Source of the DNA: Vairimorpha necatrix
Lineage: Eukaryota
NCBI GenBank assembly: GCA_036630325.1
Contig: CP142726.1
Span: forward strand, 372,001 to 436,000
Length of the DNA stretch: 64,000 nt
Direction: 5' to 3'
Shown here: positions 13,300 through 26,541 of the stretch, in pieces
Layout: every line of letters starts with the position of its first letter
Numbering within the stretch: the first letter of the stretch is position 1
Program-made: the position numbers and the translations under genes
The notes under the pieces: generated by a model
Databases searched by the model: none
Told to the model about the DNA's origin: nothing
What the model saw: only the letters and a program-made list of their open reading frames with translations

Positions 13300-15120
13300 T
13301 GTATGGCTTTGTTCAATTTTGTTAATTCCTAAAGTTTCTGCTTTCTATGATGCAGTTGGAACAAGTCAGACGATAAAATAAAATTGTGTGCGTCCAGCCA
13401 TGGGGAAATTGCATGCAGTGAAAGCCACACTTTTGGACCGCAAAAATTTCCTCTCGTGTTGACTTACGATACATACAGAATATGATGGTATGCTCTAGAT
13501 GAATCTGTGACTAATGCAAATCCTTGCTATTTTAAAAAAAACAGACCTAGTAGAAACTTAGAATATCTTGCAAAAGTTTCCTATGTTTATTCTAGAATAC
13601 TTTCTTCAAAACTAAAGCAAACCTGTGGTCAACACTTTTAAGAAATGTCTGGCTGAATGTCGCGTGTAATAAGCTGTGTATAGGTTTAAGACGATTATAA
13701 AGACACTTGGGGCTGAAACTATATGTATATTCTAGCGTAACTAATAATCTCCGTTATTATAGTCGCTGTTAAATCATCCTTGACCAGATTATGAATAAAT
13801 AAGAAAATGCATTTTGGAACAAAGTCAAACGGATATGACATATACTGGTCATTCAAATTTTAAGTAGAAACACTTATGTAAAATAGAACTATGGGCGCTA
13901 CTAAATTATCTCGGCCACTTTTCAAAAGAGGGGTAAAAAAATAAAAATTGGTAGATAGAAAATTTTTAAAAAAATAGAAAAAAACAGACTTAAAATTTAA
14001 AATTTTTATTAAAATTTTAATTGGAAGATGTAGAAAAAAGTAATATTATTTTAAAGAAGGCCAAAAAGGGATTTAGAGTCATAATTATTTATATTTCTTT
14101 TTTTCCATACGAATTCATTAAAAATATTTGGATTCTCTTTTTATATACACCACCTCGTGCACGATATTGCTGCTTCAAATACACAGAATTTCAATTCGAT
14201 TGGTGTTTGTTCCTCCCTATGTACTAAACCCTTCACTGTGATTTACAACGTAATGAATTGACCCAAATTGACGTACTGCCCATGGATACGAAGGATATCC
14301 ATCTGTTACTATTATAGAACCCGGCCTAACATATTGTATAAAAAAACTCAAATATTGTTTCTTTTTTTCTGTTTGGAATTATTTTTAAAACAAAATTTCT
14401 GAAATTATCCTTCGCTACGCCGCCTAAAATTCATTGTATCGTAGGAATATCATCATCTACACTTGATGGGTTCTCGATTATTAACCCATTCCAGATAGCA
14501 GTTTCGTCGAATTGTACTTCGACGCTTTCACCGCCAATCTGTTTCTCCTCTTGTTCTCTTTCCCCAACCAGTTCATCAATTATGTTTTTTATTTTATGTA
14601 GGTTGGCTCAGATATTTGTCATAAATTTACTGCGTGGTAGCTGCTGGCGTTAAAAATCCAGCAATGTATTCCTTTTAAAACTTTGTTTGCATCAATTCTT
14701 ATTTTTTCTAACTTTGAACCCTTCCTTGTGGACATCCTTCTCCTACATGATGTAATGACACATCGGAAAACTTTCCCGTCTAGTGCTTTTCTCTCGGTTT
14801 GCAAGCGATTAGCACTACCACTTTTATCACAAAGAAGAGAACTCCGAAAAACATTATGTCTTGTGAAAAATATCAATGCTCTTTCGTTGTTTTGGAATAT
14901 TTCGTGGGAGAAGTCTAAGCTTGTTTGCTCGTCAATAAGTCTTTCCATGTTTGGGGCGGATTTTAACCCTTTTTCACCTTTACTCAATTATCTCGGCCAA
15001 GAAAAAGTTACCCTTTAAATTTGAACGAATTATTTTTTTTTTTTACCCCTATTTTCACCCCTTGGCCGAGATAATTTAGTAGCGCCGAACTATGCACATG
15101 TTGAAAGTAAGATCCATCAG
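13300..15120 (+). mobile_element. Old degenerate SINE copy interrupted by a Merlin element
   Basis: CTTTCTATGATGCAGTTGGAACA, TGTGTGCGTCCAGCCA and CAAAGTCAAACGGATA blocks match the SINE body. Confidence 0.65.
13894..15086 (-). mobile_element. Merlin (IS1595/ISXO2-like) DNA transposon, disrupted
   Basis: 24-bp TIRs GGCGCTACTAAATTATCTCGGCCA; 8-bp TSD GAACTATG; motifs IGGESVEVQFDET, VTDGYPSY, VNHSEGF. Confidence 0.92.
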
Positions 15121-15150
15121 ATGATTTTGTATGGTTTAACTACCTCTAAC

Positions 15151-15939
15151 GGTGCCCCTAGCCCAAAGGTAGAAGGCGATTCTTCCATTGAGCAATAGCT
15201 GGGTTCGATTCCCAGGGGCACCAAAATTGTTTCTACTTTCTATGATGCAGTTGGAACAACTCAGATGATGAAAATGTCCACGATAATCATTAATTTGATT
15301 CAATGAAACTTGTGTGTGTCCAGCCACAAGGGATTAGCATCTAGTGTAGAAACGCATCTCAAAGCCAAAAAGCAGTATCACCCCTTGGTGACTTAATGAT
15401 ACATAAAAGTATCTGATGAGTACGGCCTAGTTGGAGCCCATGGCTGGTGCACTCTAGAGTGGGATCCTAGAACTAACTAAGAGACCAGACGAAGTAGGGC
15501 AATAGAAAGTCTCGTGGACCCTATCCTACAAGATTCTGTAACATGGTGGCCGAAACTAGTGGGAAACTGGTGGTCAACGCAGCCCAATAAAAACGTCGGG
15601 CTGGGGATGTGGTCGTGTAAGGAGCCGTGTGTGCAATACGGATAATTGTAGGGACCTTTGAGTCAGTACGATGATGTCTCTCCTCGGGTTATAGATAACT
15701 ATGCCCGTTAAGTATATCCGCTGTGAGGCCACTCTGGGCGCGATTTGAGGTATAAATGGAAAGTGTTCTCCTGGAGCCAAAGTCCAATGGATACGGCGGA
15801 GCTTGCTGCACCGGCAAGTGTATGGAGGGAGTTTTAGTGAGTAAGAATCTCACAGTACCAGTTGGATGAGGATCACACCAAATCCCTCTGGTCCCTATGT
15901 AAGGTTTCTCTCTACCTCTTACTTGCAAGAAAAAAAAAA
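15151..15939 (+). mobile_element. tRNA-derived SINE-like element, copy 2
   Basis: Head 15151-15223 with GGTGCCC/GGGCACC stem, A box, and B box GGTTCGATTCC; poly(A) tail. Confidence 0.9.
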
Positions 15940-16559
15940 TTAATGTGCAGATGATCTAACTATAAATGTTTTGCGTACATGAAGTAAATAAGATATAACC
16001 GAATAAAATTTTTATCATGTAGGAAACTATGTTTGTTTCCCGTATTTGTAAGATGTAAAATCCATTAATGATGATTTTCATTTTTTTCAAGTTACAATCT
16101 TTTCAAGGGTTTCTAACGATTTAGTCGTATTGTTATCATTGAACTTTAATGATATTAATTAATTTAATAATCACCTATAATATGTCATAGGTAATTTTTT
16201 CATTTCTTGTATTTTAGATCTGTTGCTCGTGCATAAATCTCGTAATATGTTTCTTTGACAGAACTTTTACAATTATAGATTTGTTTGTTCACTTTTGTCT
16301 CAGTAATTACAACCTCTTGGAAAAGTGTTAGTTCTTTGGAGTTAGTATTTGTCTTTACATCATGTATGTATTCGGAGGCCATCGTTTTATAGGTTGACTA
16401 TTTTTGTCTAACACGAACCTTATCTGATTAAAGCCTTAACTTTTTGTGAATAAGTAATAAGTATGTTTATATATTTGTTTATTTAATGTTTATATTTACT
16501 GCGGACATCTTAGATATATAATTTTTTATTGAAGCTATTATTGGGTTAATTTCATTCTA

Positions 16560-16870
16560 CATTTTACTCTACTTCCGCGCACTCATGCTGGTCGCACCAT
16601 CTTTAGCTACCTCTACTATGTTCTTGGTTTTAAATCCTCTGTCGCCGTGTCTCACCGGTGTTCAAAGGAGATGCACTCTAGCGTCTCTTACATAATTCTC
16701 ATTGGATGTAGGCTTCGGTACTAGTCGATAGGTCAAGTGCATTGATAAGATGGTGTGGTATTTTGTCGCAATTCCGTCACATGACATGACGTGTAGTATT
16801 ATTTGCATTTGTAAGTTAGACACAGTTAATTTGCTAAGATATCGTACTTTTTGAGTTATGTTCTACTTTC
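16560..16870 (-). mobile_element. Decayed 3' fragment of a related RLE non-LTR element
   Basis: Minus translation LKKYDILAN...DGIATKYH...EAYIQ resembles the C-terminus encoded at 43830-44030. Confidence 0.55.
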
Positions 16871-17293
16871 GGCAATTATCCTAAAAGGTTAGACATCTTG
16901 AATAATAGGCATAAATTTCTAGATGATGCTAACACAAAGAAATTTCTTTTTCAACCAATGGTTCCATAATTTATCGTTTTATGCTTGTAAATTTTCTACG
17001 CCGTTAGTTCTCTTTTTCCGTGTTTAAAATAGTTGTTATATTTGCAGGAAAATGTATTTTCGGATATGATATATTTCTGGGTTTACTTTACAAGTCAATA
17101 TATACCAAAAATACCATAGATGTTTTATAATTCTAAAGGAAACAATATAAATATTTTACTTATTGAAGAAAATGGTTTTTTTGATATATATATATATCCT
17201 TTATTTTCAAAAACTAATGGCTAGTGGTCAAAAGAGGAATATTGTTACAAAAATTGTGGCATTATAATTACCACAAACAAATAATTTCCCCCC

Positions 17294-17332
17294 TTTTTGG
17301 AAATAGACCATTCGAACGGTCTATTCCAAAAA
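17294..17332 (+). repeat. Dispersed palindromic motif
   Basis: TTTTTGGAAATAGACC-ATTCGAAC-GGTCTATTCCAAAAA. Confidence 0.8.
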
Positions 17333-17665
17333 TTAATTATTTATATAAATTTTACCCCCAGCCCACAGAATTCAACATGATGAAAACTATAAAAACGTTC
17401 TTAACGATTACCCTTGGAATATTAAACCAAGGAAATCAGGAACGCTAGGGATAATTCAATTCCTTTATTGTGCACAACGGAGTCAAGTAAAGACTAAAAA
17501 CTAGTTTCAATTTCGTCGTATTATATTTGTTTAAAGGCAGTATCTGTGTTTCGTCAAAAATTTATATTGAGGGAAGACAGAATTTTTGATATTATTAAAA
17601 ACAATAATCAAATCTACAATTAGCACTTTGAAGATTTCGAAATCGACGAAATCTTCAAGACCTAT

Positions 17666-18348
17666 TTGAAAGTGCACAAGGTTTTCGATGAGGCCCTTCT
17701 AATTGGGCACATCGAAAATTTCCAAAATGAAAAAAACTCCAGGAGCCGAACACCCCAAGAGGTCGAAAGCGCTAAAAACTGGAGGCAGGCACGAAGGGCC
17801 AGTGTCTGCTCAGAGAGAACCATCCTTAATGATCACTCCTCTGTATGCTTCCCCAAGACCAGAAAGACCTATAAATTCTTAATGATGTCTTGATTTCTGA
17901 CATTCCCTTGGTGCAGCTGACGCCAAGACAGAAAGACAAGCTCATTGACATCATGGAATGTGTTGATGTAGAAGAAGGAGAGGTCTTAATTAGGGAAGGT
18001 GGAAAGGGCAGTACCATGTTTGTGGTAGATGAAGGCATTTTTGATGTCTACATCAAAAATGTAAGAATCAAGTCCCTTGAAAGAGATGACATTTTCGGAG
18101 AAATTGCTCTATTTCACAATATTAACAGGACTGCCACTGTTATTAGTAGAGTTAAATCAAAAATTTGGGTCATAGAACAGAAGATGTTTGGAGGCCTGAG
18201 GGCCTCTGACAGAAATAAGAATAAAGGTATAGTTCTGGACGGGATAACCAAAATGAAGTTATATCCCGATCTAATTGAAAAAGAACAACAAAGATTTGTA
18301 AATATCTTAACTTTCAATTATCTTAAAATTGGCAGTACTGCTGATTAA
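17666..18348 (+). pseudogene. cAMP-dependent protein kinase regulatory subunit (Bcy1/RII-like), one frameshift and C-terminally truncated
   Basis: Inhibitor site RRASVCSE; cNMP domain A with FGEIALFHNINRTATV; 1-nt shift near 17880; stop early in domain B; true start uncertain. Confidence 0.8.
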
Positions 18349-18554
18349 ATCACGACAAACTTTCTCTTTACATAGCCGGATTTGGCTAAATGAACAAGAA
18401 ATGTAACAAATAATCTTAGAAGAAAAATATTTGTACAGGAGATTAACCGTTAAACTTTCCATATTTAAATAAATTCCTAAATAATTATTTGTTGTATATT
18501 ATTTAAGTCTATTTGTGTCATCGTAAACTGTAGTATTTCTTAGCTTTCCTTCGC

Positions 18555-21097
18555 AATTGCTATTAGCATCTTCTGGGTTATCTCTCCTACAAAGCTATAC
18601 CTGATCCTTAGATACTCGTTAATTAAAAACAAGTAAGATTTGCTCTCTTCCTCTACTTTAAGTATCGCTGCCCGTTGAAGTAAGCTATCTCTAGACTCAT
18701 CTAATGTTTATTAAATATTCAGAAGCATACTTTCGCTTCTATCTTCGCACATATGAGGCCTCTACCCATTTCGGATCTAAAAAGGTATAGTCTTTCCTCG
18801 CAGGCTGGCTGGAGATGTACCTGGTACTTGATAAGTACCTGTCGTATATCAAAATCAAAACTTTTGAAATCTGTTGGTTCTAATTTTAATAATCTTACAT
18901 GATAGTTTATTTCTGATATTGCATGCTCGGTTATAGCTCGAATTATATTCTTACCATTTAATTGAATCTTGCACAGTTTTTCAACCCTCTGTAAGATCTC
19001 ATTTCTTACTTTTTCAAAAGTCTCTCTTTCGACAGCACTAGAGACATCCTCTGTTTTTCCAAGGTATTTGTATCTTTTATGTCCTTCTATTACTACTGCA
19101 TCTTCGCTACAATAAATACAATTAGTCGCAGACTTACCCCTGTTCATTTCTAAACCTATAGCTTAGAAAACCTTTTGTGTTTCCTCATTCATCAGTTTTA
19201 AAACGACGTAGTTCTCTGCGAGGTGCAAATATCATCAATAAATAGAAGATGGTGCGTTACATAGACACTTTCGTGAATCTGTATTCCTACTTTTGGGTAA
19301 GTTGAATTCAATTTCCTGCTCAACGGCTCCATACATAGTACGGAAAAATCCGCGACAAAATCCCTTTAATATGCCTCCTTCAATCTTCTTATTCTGTATC
19401 GTTTCCGATCCTCATTTTATCTCAACGACACCTTTTAACGGTGGCTTCTAAGAATTTACTTTTCCTTTGTGCGAAATTAAACTTGATAATACAAGTTAAT
19501 AGATAAAAATTTTCAACGGTGTCGTAGACTTTTTTTACATCTCACACTTGGTCTTTAGCTTGTTTGCATGTCCTCATTGGCTGATATATTAATCGAGCTT
19601 GTTCTTACACTCCTTGGACTTTTCAACTGTCCCTTGTTGGTTCTCTGCTAGTAGCCCTCTACTTTCTACAATAGCTGCATTATTTTCGTCGTGCAATATA
19701 TTTTGAGCTTGTAGAGGTTCGACATACTGGTAATAGGCCTGAAGTCATTCCCACTAATGGGGGTACCTTTGGGTATAAAATAAGTAAACTGCTTGTAGGA
19801 CCAAGCTTCGGGTTCTTTACCATCCATGCATACTTCCTTAACAATCTTGTGAAGGAATGGGCGTAGAGCTTCACATTTCTTATAAAGAAATTGAAGATTC
19901 CATCACAGCCAGCAACCCTCATAATTTGGTAAATATTTAATAATATCTACAAATTTTTGCAAGGTTGGGAAATGATCTGATCTTGGCTATCAAGAATGTT
20001 TTTTATGAAAATACGCCTTGAGAGTATTGCAGTCTTCGGATTGCTTTTTCTTATTCCACATGGTAGACCAGAATGAACATATATCTTCTTGCTTACATTA
20101 TGAATAACTTCATCGGCACACTTGAGTTTTCTTTAGAAATTGCTTCTATTTAGCTTAAAAATAATTTTAAGCCCATACAATTGCGTCGATCTCATACCTT
20201 TCGCTTCCTTGAGTATATGGCTTTCCTCTAGTTGAGTATAGCATTAGCTTCAGAAGTATCTCGGCGTAAACATGCAAGCATGTTGAGTTTACGCATTACC
20301 TTCTTAAATTCACGATTTTCTCATTTGAGAGTTTTCAAAGGCCTTGGCCTTTTGATAAGCACTACCTTGTCTTCGATCTATGTGATTTTTTTCAAGATAC
20401 TTTCCTTTAAAGATGAAGGTTTGAAATTCTTACTGGCCATTTCCTAATAGCAGAAAAGTGCAGCTTGCAATATCCTTGCCATCTGGTACATTTATGAGGG
20501 GGTGGTATCTAACGTGACTATCTACCGCCTTGGCTGTGGCATCAAGTTTCAACAGTCCAAATTCGAGGCAGGTATTTTCCTCGTTCTTTCTACCTGGTCC
20601 ACACATGTGTTCTGGATATAACTAAGTTTTCTCCAAGAATCATTTTTGTGCTTTTAGGAAGAGCTCGAATTCGAAGAGACTATTCCTCTTTTGAGCCAGT
20701 CAGGCTTTACGTCTTTTGGTAGGATTAGCTAAGAATTATTGGGCCGCCATTCATCTACAGCTATTTCTAGTGAGCGCTTTCTTCGCTTTGCTCTTAGATC
20801 TAGTGAACTCATGTTCGACCCAATTTTTATACCGAACAAATCGGTAGCTTTATTCCACCGTCCTCTTGGCATTCAACCAAAAATATTTATAATTGATAGA
20901 AATTTTTTGAGGCCACTCTTCTTCATTCGCTTCGGTTCTCATAAAACTGCCACGAGAGTCTCAGAAGTGGATTGAGTGGGCACACTAGTGTGTTCTGGCC
21001 CCTGTTCTTTCTCGGCCGTGTCTATTTCATTCCTTTTCGCTTCGGAAGTTAATTTGTTATTTTTTCGGGTTTAATATCCTGCTCTGTCCTTACCCTC
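18555..21097 (-). mobile_element. RLE non-LTR retrotransposon copy, 3'-truncated and decayed
   Basis: Reverse-complement homology to about 5830-8365; ORF 18719-19147 (YKYLG...HLQPAC). Confidence 0.9.
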
Positions 21098-21140
21098 TTT
21101 TTGTTATATAATCATTGCATTAATTTAAAATTAAATTTAT

Positions 21141-21960
21141 ACCCCCACTTTATTAAATATGACGAGAATGAAGACTAGAGAAGAAAAGGAACAGTTAAAA
21201 GTGCTGTTTTTGTGTTATAATTCCATCTTGGATAATCACATGATAACTCAGTTATCTTATGATATTTTAAGTAAGGAATGTGATTTTGATCAAAATGATC
21301 TGCACAATTTCTTGGAAGCTGCAATAAGAACATATAATGATATTCCCTAATATAATGCTACGCATGAGATTAATGCATTAAATAATTTGAAAATCTTATT
21401 CATAGATCAAAAATTGAACGAAAAGATAGGTTTATCTTTTTGATTTGCTGCCTATTGCATGACATAGGCCATACAGGTTCCAATTCCCGTGGGCATAATA
21501 AATTTGGTTTAGAAAATCTTTATGTGGATTTTAAAAGAAATTTCCGTATTAATTTTTACCCGGGCATTTGACAGAGGAAAATATGAATTTAATAAGTGAA
21601 TTAATCTTATCTACAAATTTAATTTCACATAATGACGTGCTTGACGATTTAAAAATAAATATATAGGTCAAAAAATTAATAGCGTCGAAAAACTAAATAT
21701 TATTGAATTCAAAATGTTGATAAAAATAGCAGACGTAGGTAAATCGTATAAAAAGTTCAAAGATTTTATGTGTGGAAGCAAAAAGCTCGAGAAAGAAATT
21801 TGCGGCACAAGCATAGGAGGAGCTAAAAAAGGCAGAAGAGGATGCAATTCATCTTAAATTATTCCTTACCACTAGCAGAGTGTTTTCGAAGGATTTTAAA
21901 TTTTTGTATGGAAATACTATTGAAAAACAAAAAGAATCCAATTACAAAAACTTTTTTTTA
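21141..21960 (+). pseudogene. Class I cyclic-nucleotide phosphodiesterase copy 3, disrupted
   Basis: LHNFLEAAIRTYNDIP*, CCLLHDIGH, LILSTN, MLIKIADVG; stops and frameshifts. Confidence 0.88.
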
Positions 21961-23325
21961 GAGTGGGCTATTTGTCCGTGGTGATAGAGCAAATATTTTG
22001 GCTTTTACAAGCGAATTATACGTGTTTGGCGGGAGTCTATTTCCAATCCTCCTTTTAAAATGGGAAAACAAGCCGAGAAAAGATATAAAAACAACAATAT
22101 AAAGCATTTTTTAAGTAATGCAACAATAAAACTTTTAGTTTGTTCGTAACACAGAGGAAATACCTCTTGTGCACAAATTTATAATGGACTTACCGGTTCT
22201 TTATTTAATTAAGTTATTAAGCACTATTTTCGTGCTACTAATGTCTCTGGGTGTAAAGCTTTTTTGGTCTTGTTTTCCAAGGAAATTGTTGACAGATTTT
22301 TAGAGTCAAAATATGTGGGTAGAGGAGGAAAAAAATAGTAAAATTTTTGAATAGATCGGTCGAATGGTCTATTTTTTAAAGAAGTATAATTTATTAATAA
22401 AACTAAATAGTGTGAGAAGCATGAAGCACGAATCTATTTCTCATCTATCAATAGCAAAAAAGAATAATGTTTATATTACATGACCATGTGTTTTTCTATT
22501 TTGATGGATTTTCCAATGTGGTATGTTGCCCCGACGAAAAATTATAATAAAAATATAAAATATTTTTAGTTTTAAATTATTTCACAATATATAAAGGCAC
22601 TAGATCAGTCCGAATTCTAATTTGAGCTTTTTAATCTTTCTATAGAGCTTGTCTAAATATGTAATTCTTATAAGAATTATATATGTGCAATTTTGATTAT
22701 TAAGTGTAAACAAGGGGCTTGTTGAATATTCAAAAATTTTTGAGACATTTTCTTTCCTCAGTTTAAAATAAGGACGTAAATCACAGCCTCTCATGGAATG
22801 GTAAGTGCTATACACGTCGTTATTCAATCTTTTACGATGTGCATTTTTGTTAAGTAGCCACAAGAAAGGAAAATGAAAATACAGTAACTAGATTAATATC
22901 ACAAGGCAACCTTCTTTAAGACAAAAAATGCACATTTATTCTGCACAACTTTGCTTAATTTTGTTACAATTAAAAATTTCGACAGATTATAGAGTAAATA
23001 ACCACAGTTGGTGCTTACAATACGTGAGTTAATTATCATGAGTGCGAAGTTTAATTTATATAAATACCATAAAAAATTGAATTTTTTAAATCCCTTTGGA
23101 TAATAAAAGAACGGAAACCAATAAATCTCGAATTACGAAACGTCGATTTGGGGTTGTAAAAAAATAAAAAACGTCCCATTGACGAAATATCGGATATAAT
23201 TGATCTACATTGTAAACTCGTTGCAGCCATCAATCGAAAACACAATCAACATACTAGATCTACCAACCAATTGAATCAAAGCGAAATTCTTACAGTTACA
23301 GAACATGCTATTTAAAATATAACTA

Positions 23326-24873
23326 CCGGGGTTTCCGGGTTAAGAGATCCAGCTTAAAAGTCGAATTTTGCGACCTTTTAAAAAGAAATTATTATACTAG
23401 TATAAGAGGTCTACCCATATAAGAGATCCACCCCACCCCCAGCCAAATGGTTAAAAAATTATATTAGAAAAATGAACCCTTTATTATAATAAACATTTAA
23501 ATTTCTATAAAATCTTCAAATAAATTTTAACAGTCTGGGCCTTCGTCTTCAATTTCAGCACAATTAAGAACATCTTGAAGTTTATTGTTTAAATTAAAAA
23601 TATTGTTTTCATGAAAAATTGAATCTGTTCCACACAATCTAAAAGCCTTAGAAGCCATTTCAGGAGTTATTTTTTTTAATGCATCCGCTATTGAATTCAA
23701 AATATATTCCCAGCTCGGTCTACGCCTATAACCTTTATTTGTATATTCCTTTGGCCCGTTTGCATGCCATTCCTGCCATTTTCTTTTTAATTCGGCCTTA
23801 AATTAAGAATTTATCAAAACATCCAATGGTTGTAAATAAGACGTAGTTGGGGGAATTAAAACGGCTTTAATGTTATTATTAGCAAAACTTTCCATAACTT
23901 TTTCAGTTTAGTGAGATAATAGGTGTCAAGAATAAGAAGTTTTTTTTTCTATTTTCAAATGGCCCATATTTGTTTAAACATGCACATATCCATAATAAAA
24001 TCAGATTTTGAACATGTTCCCTGATTCAGATGTAACTACAAAAAGATTATTTGGCACAAAGCATTTTGGCGTTTTTTTAAGGCCTTTTAAAATGGCCATT
24101 CCCCTTAAAACAGTACCTTCTGAGGAAATAATAATAACGACGGAAATTTTAGTCTTAAGATTTCCAGTTGTATATGCCTCAGTGTTTTTTTCGCCGGTAA
24201 ATGATAATGTCGCGATTGCATCATATCAATGTAAACAGGAGTTTCATCCATATTATACACCACTGTTTGGCTGTCCATACAGTTAAATTTATGATTAAAG
24301 GCTTCAAAATAATTCAACATGGTTTCTTTAATCTCCTGAGGCCTTTTGTTGTCTTCCTGTCCAAAAGATGTTATTTTTCTAAATGAAAAATGATTTCTTC
24401 TTTTGAACCCCATTAACCAACTCATACTTGCCTTAAAATCTGTAATGGACAACTTCTCTGCTATTTCAAAAGCCTTATCTCTAATATTATAAGTTGAGAT
24501 AATTCGCTTCTTTTCACCTCGCTCTACCTTCACCCAATCCGCAAACATTTTTTCAAGAGGAGGCCATTTGGCAGAAGTACCGGCACGCATTCTATTAGTA
24601 TTTTTAATGTTGCTTTGGCCTAACATTTTAACTTCGGCCTTTATCCAATCACTAGGCATTTTCCTAGTAATCTGCAACTCTAGAGCAGTCATATTCAAAT
24701 TCCCATTGTTTTCACGCAATCTTTGTAATCCTGCTAATTTTTCTTTAGAGTGTACGCTTTCTTTTTCATGGGGGTAAATTTAAAAAAATTTAAAAGAAAT
24801 TTCAAATATTTTATATACTTATAAGAGATCCATGGTCTCTTATATGGGTGGATCTCTTAACCCGGAAACCCGG
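23326..24873 (-). mobile_element. pogo/Tigger-like transposon, second copy (part of the segmental duplication)
   Basis: Same TIRs and TA flanks; ORF 24105-24719 with CENP-B HTH and YNMDETP; frameshifted. Confidence 0.92.
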
Positions 24874-25008
24874 TAATAATAAAACCACAAAAATAAATAT
24901 TTACACTAGAAGTCGCATATGAGTATGTTCTTCATTAAAAACTTTCAAAAAGCAAACATTAATTTTTTTACCACTTTTTTGTGATTAATCATGTGATACG
25001 TGATCTAA

Positions 25009-25792
25009 GGTGCTCTTGGCCCGGTGGTAGAAGGCGATGCCTTTATTGGGCAATGGCTGGGGTTAAATCCCACGGGCACCAATTTATATCTACTTTCTAT
25101 GATGCAGTTAGAGCAACTCAGATTATAAAGGTGTCCCCGATATCATTAAGTTTATTCAATGAAACTTGTGTGTGTCCAGCCATAAGAGTCAGCATCTAGT
25201 GTAGAAACGCGCCTCAAGGGCCAAAAGACAGTATCTCCCTTGTGGTGGCTTATGGTTCCTATAAATATCTAATGGGTACGGGCTAGTTGGAGCCCATGGC
25301 TGGTGCACTCTAGAGTGGGATCCTAGAGCTAACTAATATACTAGAAAAAATAGGGCAATAGAAGGTCTCGTGGATCAAATCATAAAGATTCTGTAACACG
25401 TGGCCAAAACTAGGGGGAGACTGGTGGTCAACGCAGCCCATTAGAAATGCCGAACCGGTGATGTGGTCGGGTTAGGAGCCGTGTGTGCAATACAGATAAT
25501 TGTATGGAGCTTTGAGTCAATACGATGATGTCTTTCCTTGAGTTATAGATAACCATGCTCGTTAAGTATATTCGCTGCGAGGTCACTCTGGACGCGATTT
25601 GAGGTATAAATGGGGAGTGTTTTCCTGGAGCCAAAGTCCAATGGATACGGCGAAGCTTGCTGCACCGCAAGTTGTATGGAGGGAGTTTTAGTGAGTAAGA
25701 ATCTCACAGTACCAGTTAGATGAGGATCACACCCGTATCCCTCTGGTCCCTATGTAAGGTTTCTCCCTACCTCTTACTTACAAGAAAAAAAA
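25009..25792 (+). mobile_element. tRNA-derived SINE-like element, copy 3
   Basis: tRNA-like head, homologous body, A-tail. Confidence 0.85.
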
Positions 25793-26269
25793 TATAATAA
25801 AAATTGCGATTTACAATACACTATTGTCGGTAAACATTTACTATTCAAAATAAAGACGATACCTCAAACATTTATAAAAAACTTTATTAACTTTAGTCTT
25901 GGATATAATGCTGTGATGACCTAAACAAACAAAACATAGCTTATCTCACCATTAGTTTACTATTCTTAACAAATACTCCATGTCCATGTAATAAAACACA
26001 GTCTCCTTTCCAAGAATGGTCTTTCTAAAACTTCTTGTTTTTTGTTTGTTTGTAAACAAACAAACATGTAAAACTATAAATAGCGAAAAAGCCCAAAAGG
26101 GCACGGGGAGCAAGAAGGTCAAAGCAACTCAAATAACAATAATGACAACAGTCTTAAAAATAAATTAACCTCTTCGAGACATTTCTTTGCCTAGGATACG
26201 TCAAATGCATATAAAAGTAAATATTTATGTATAAAATTTATTTTTAAAAATTATCTTTTGTCAGAATTC

Positions 26270-26541
26270 TTATCTTTTAGAATTCTCTCTTCTTCGATTT
26301 TTTCCAATTTCTTTAGACCTTTCAATAAAGAACCAGAAATCTACAACATAAGGATCCAGCTTTAACATTCTGGCCATGTGTATAATGTGATTTGGTGATG
26401 GCCATTTACATATTAAAAATACCTGCATGAGTTTTCGAGTTTGTAATGGTGTTATCCATACTCGTTTAGCAGTATCTTTTTTCAATTTTAACAATCCTTC
26501 AATTGCCTCACTTTCCTTTGAAATTCTTTGATTTTTTTTCA
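26270..26541 (-). CDS. Small divergent homeodomain protein (copy 2)
   Basis: KRVWITPLQTRKLMQVF...WPS...MARMLKLDPYVVDFWF; N-terminal EAIEGLLKLKK; start placed at MKKNQR. Confidence 0.75.

Noticed and set aside
15151-15223. Functional tRNA gene (CAT-centred loop)
   Set aside because: Non-canonical anticodon arm, variable between copies, and always fused to the same ~700-nt body and A-tail
15412-15557. Hammerhead-like CTGATGAG...GGCCGAAAC in the SINE body
   Set aside because: Stem II does not pair directly after the core, and the other copies read CTGATGGG or CTAATGGG
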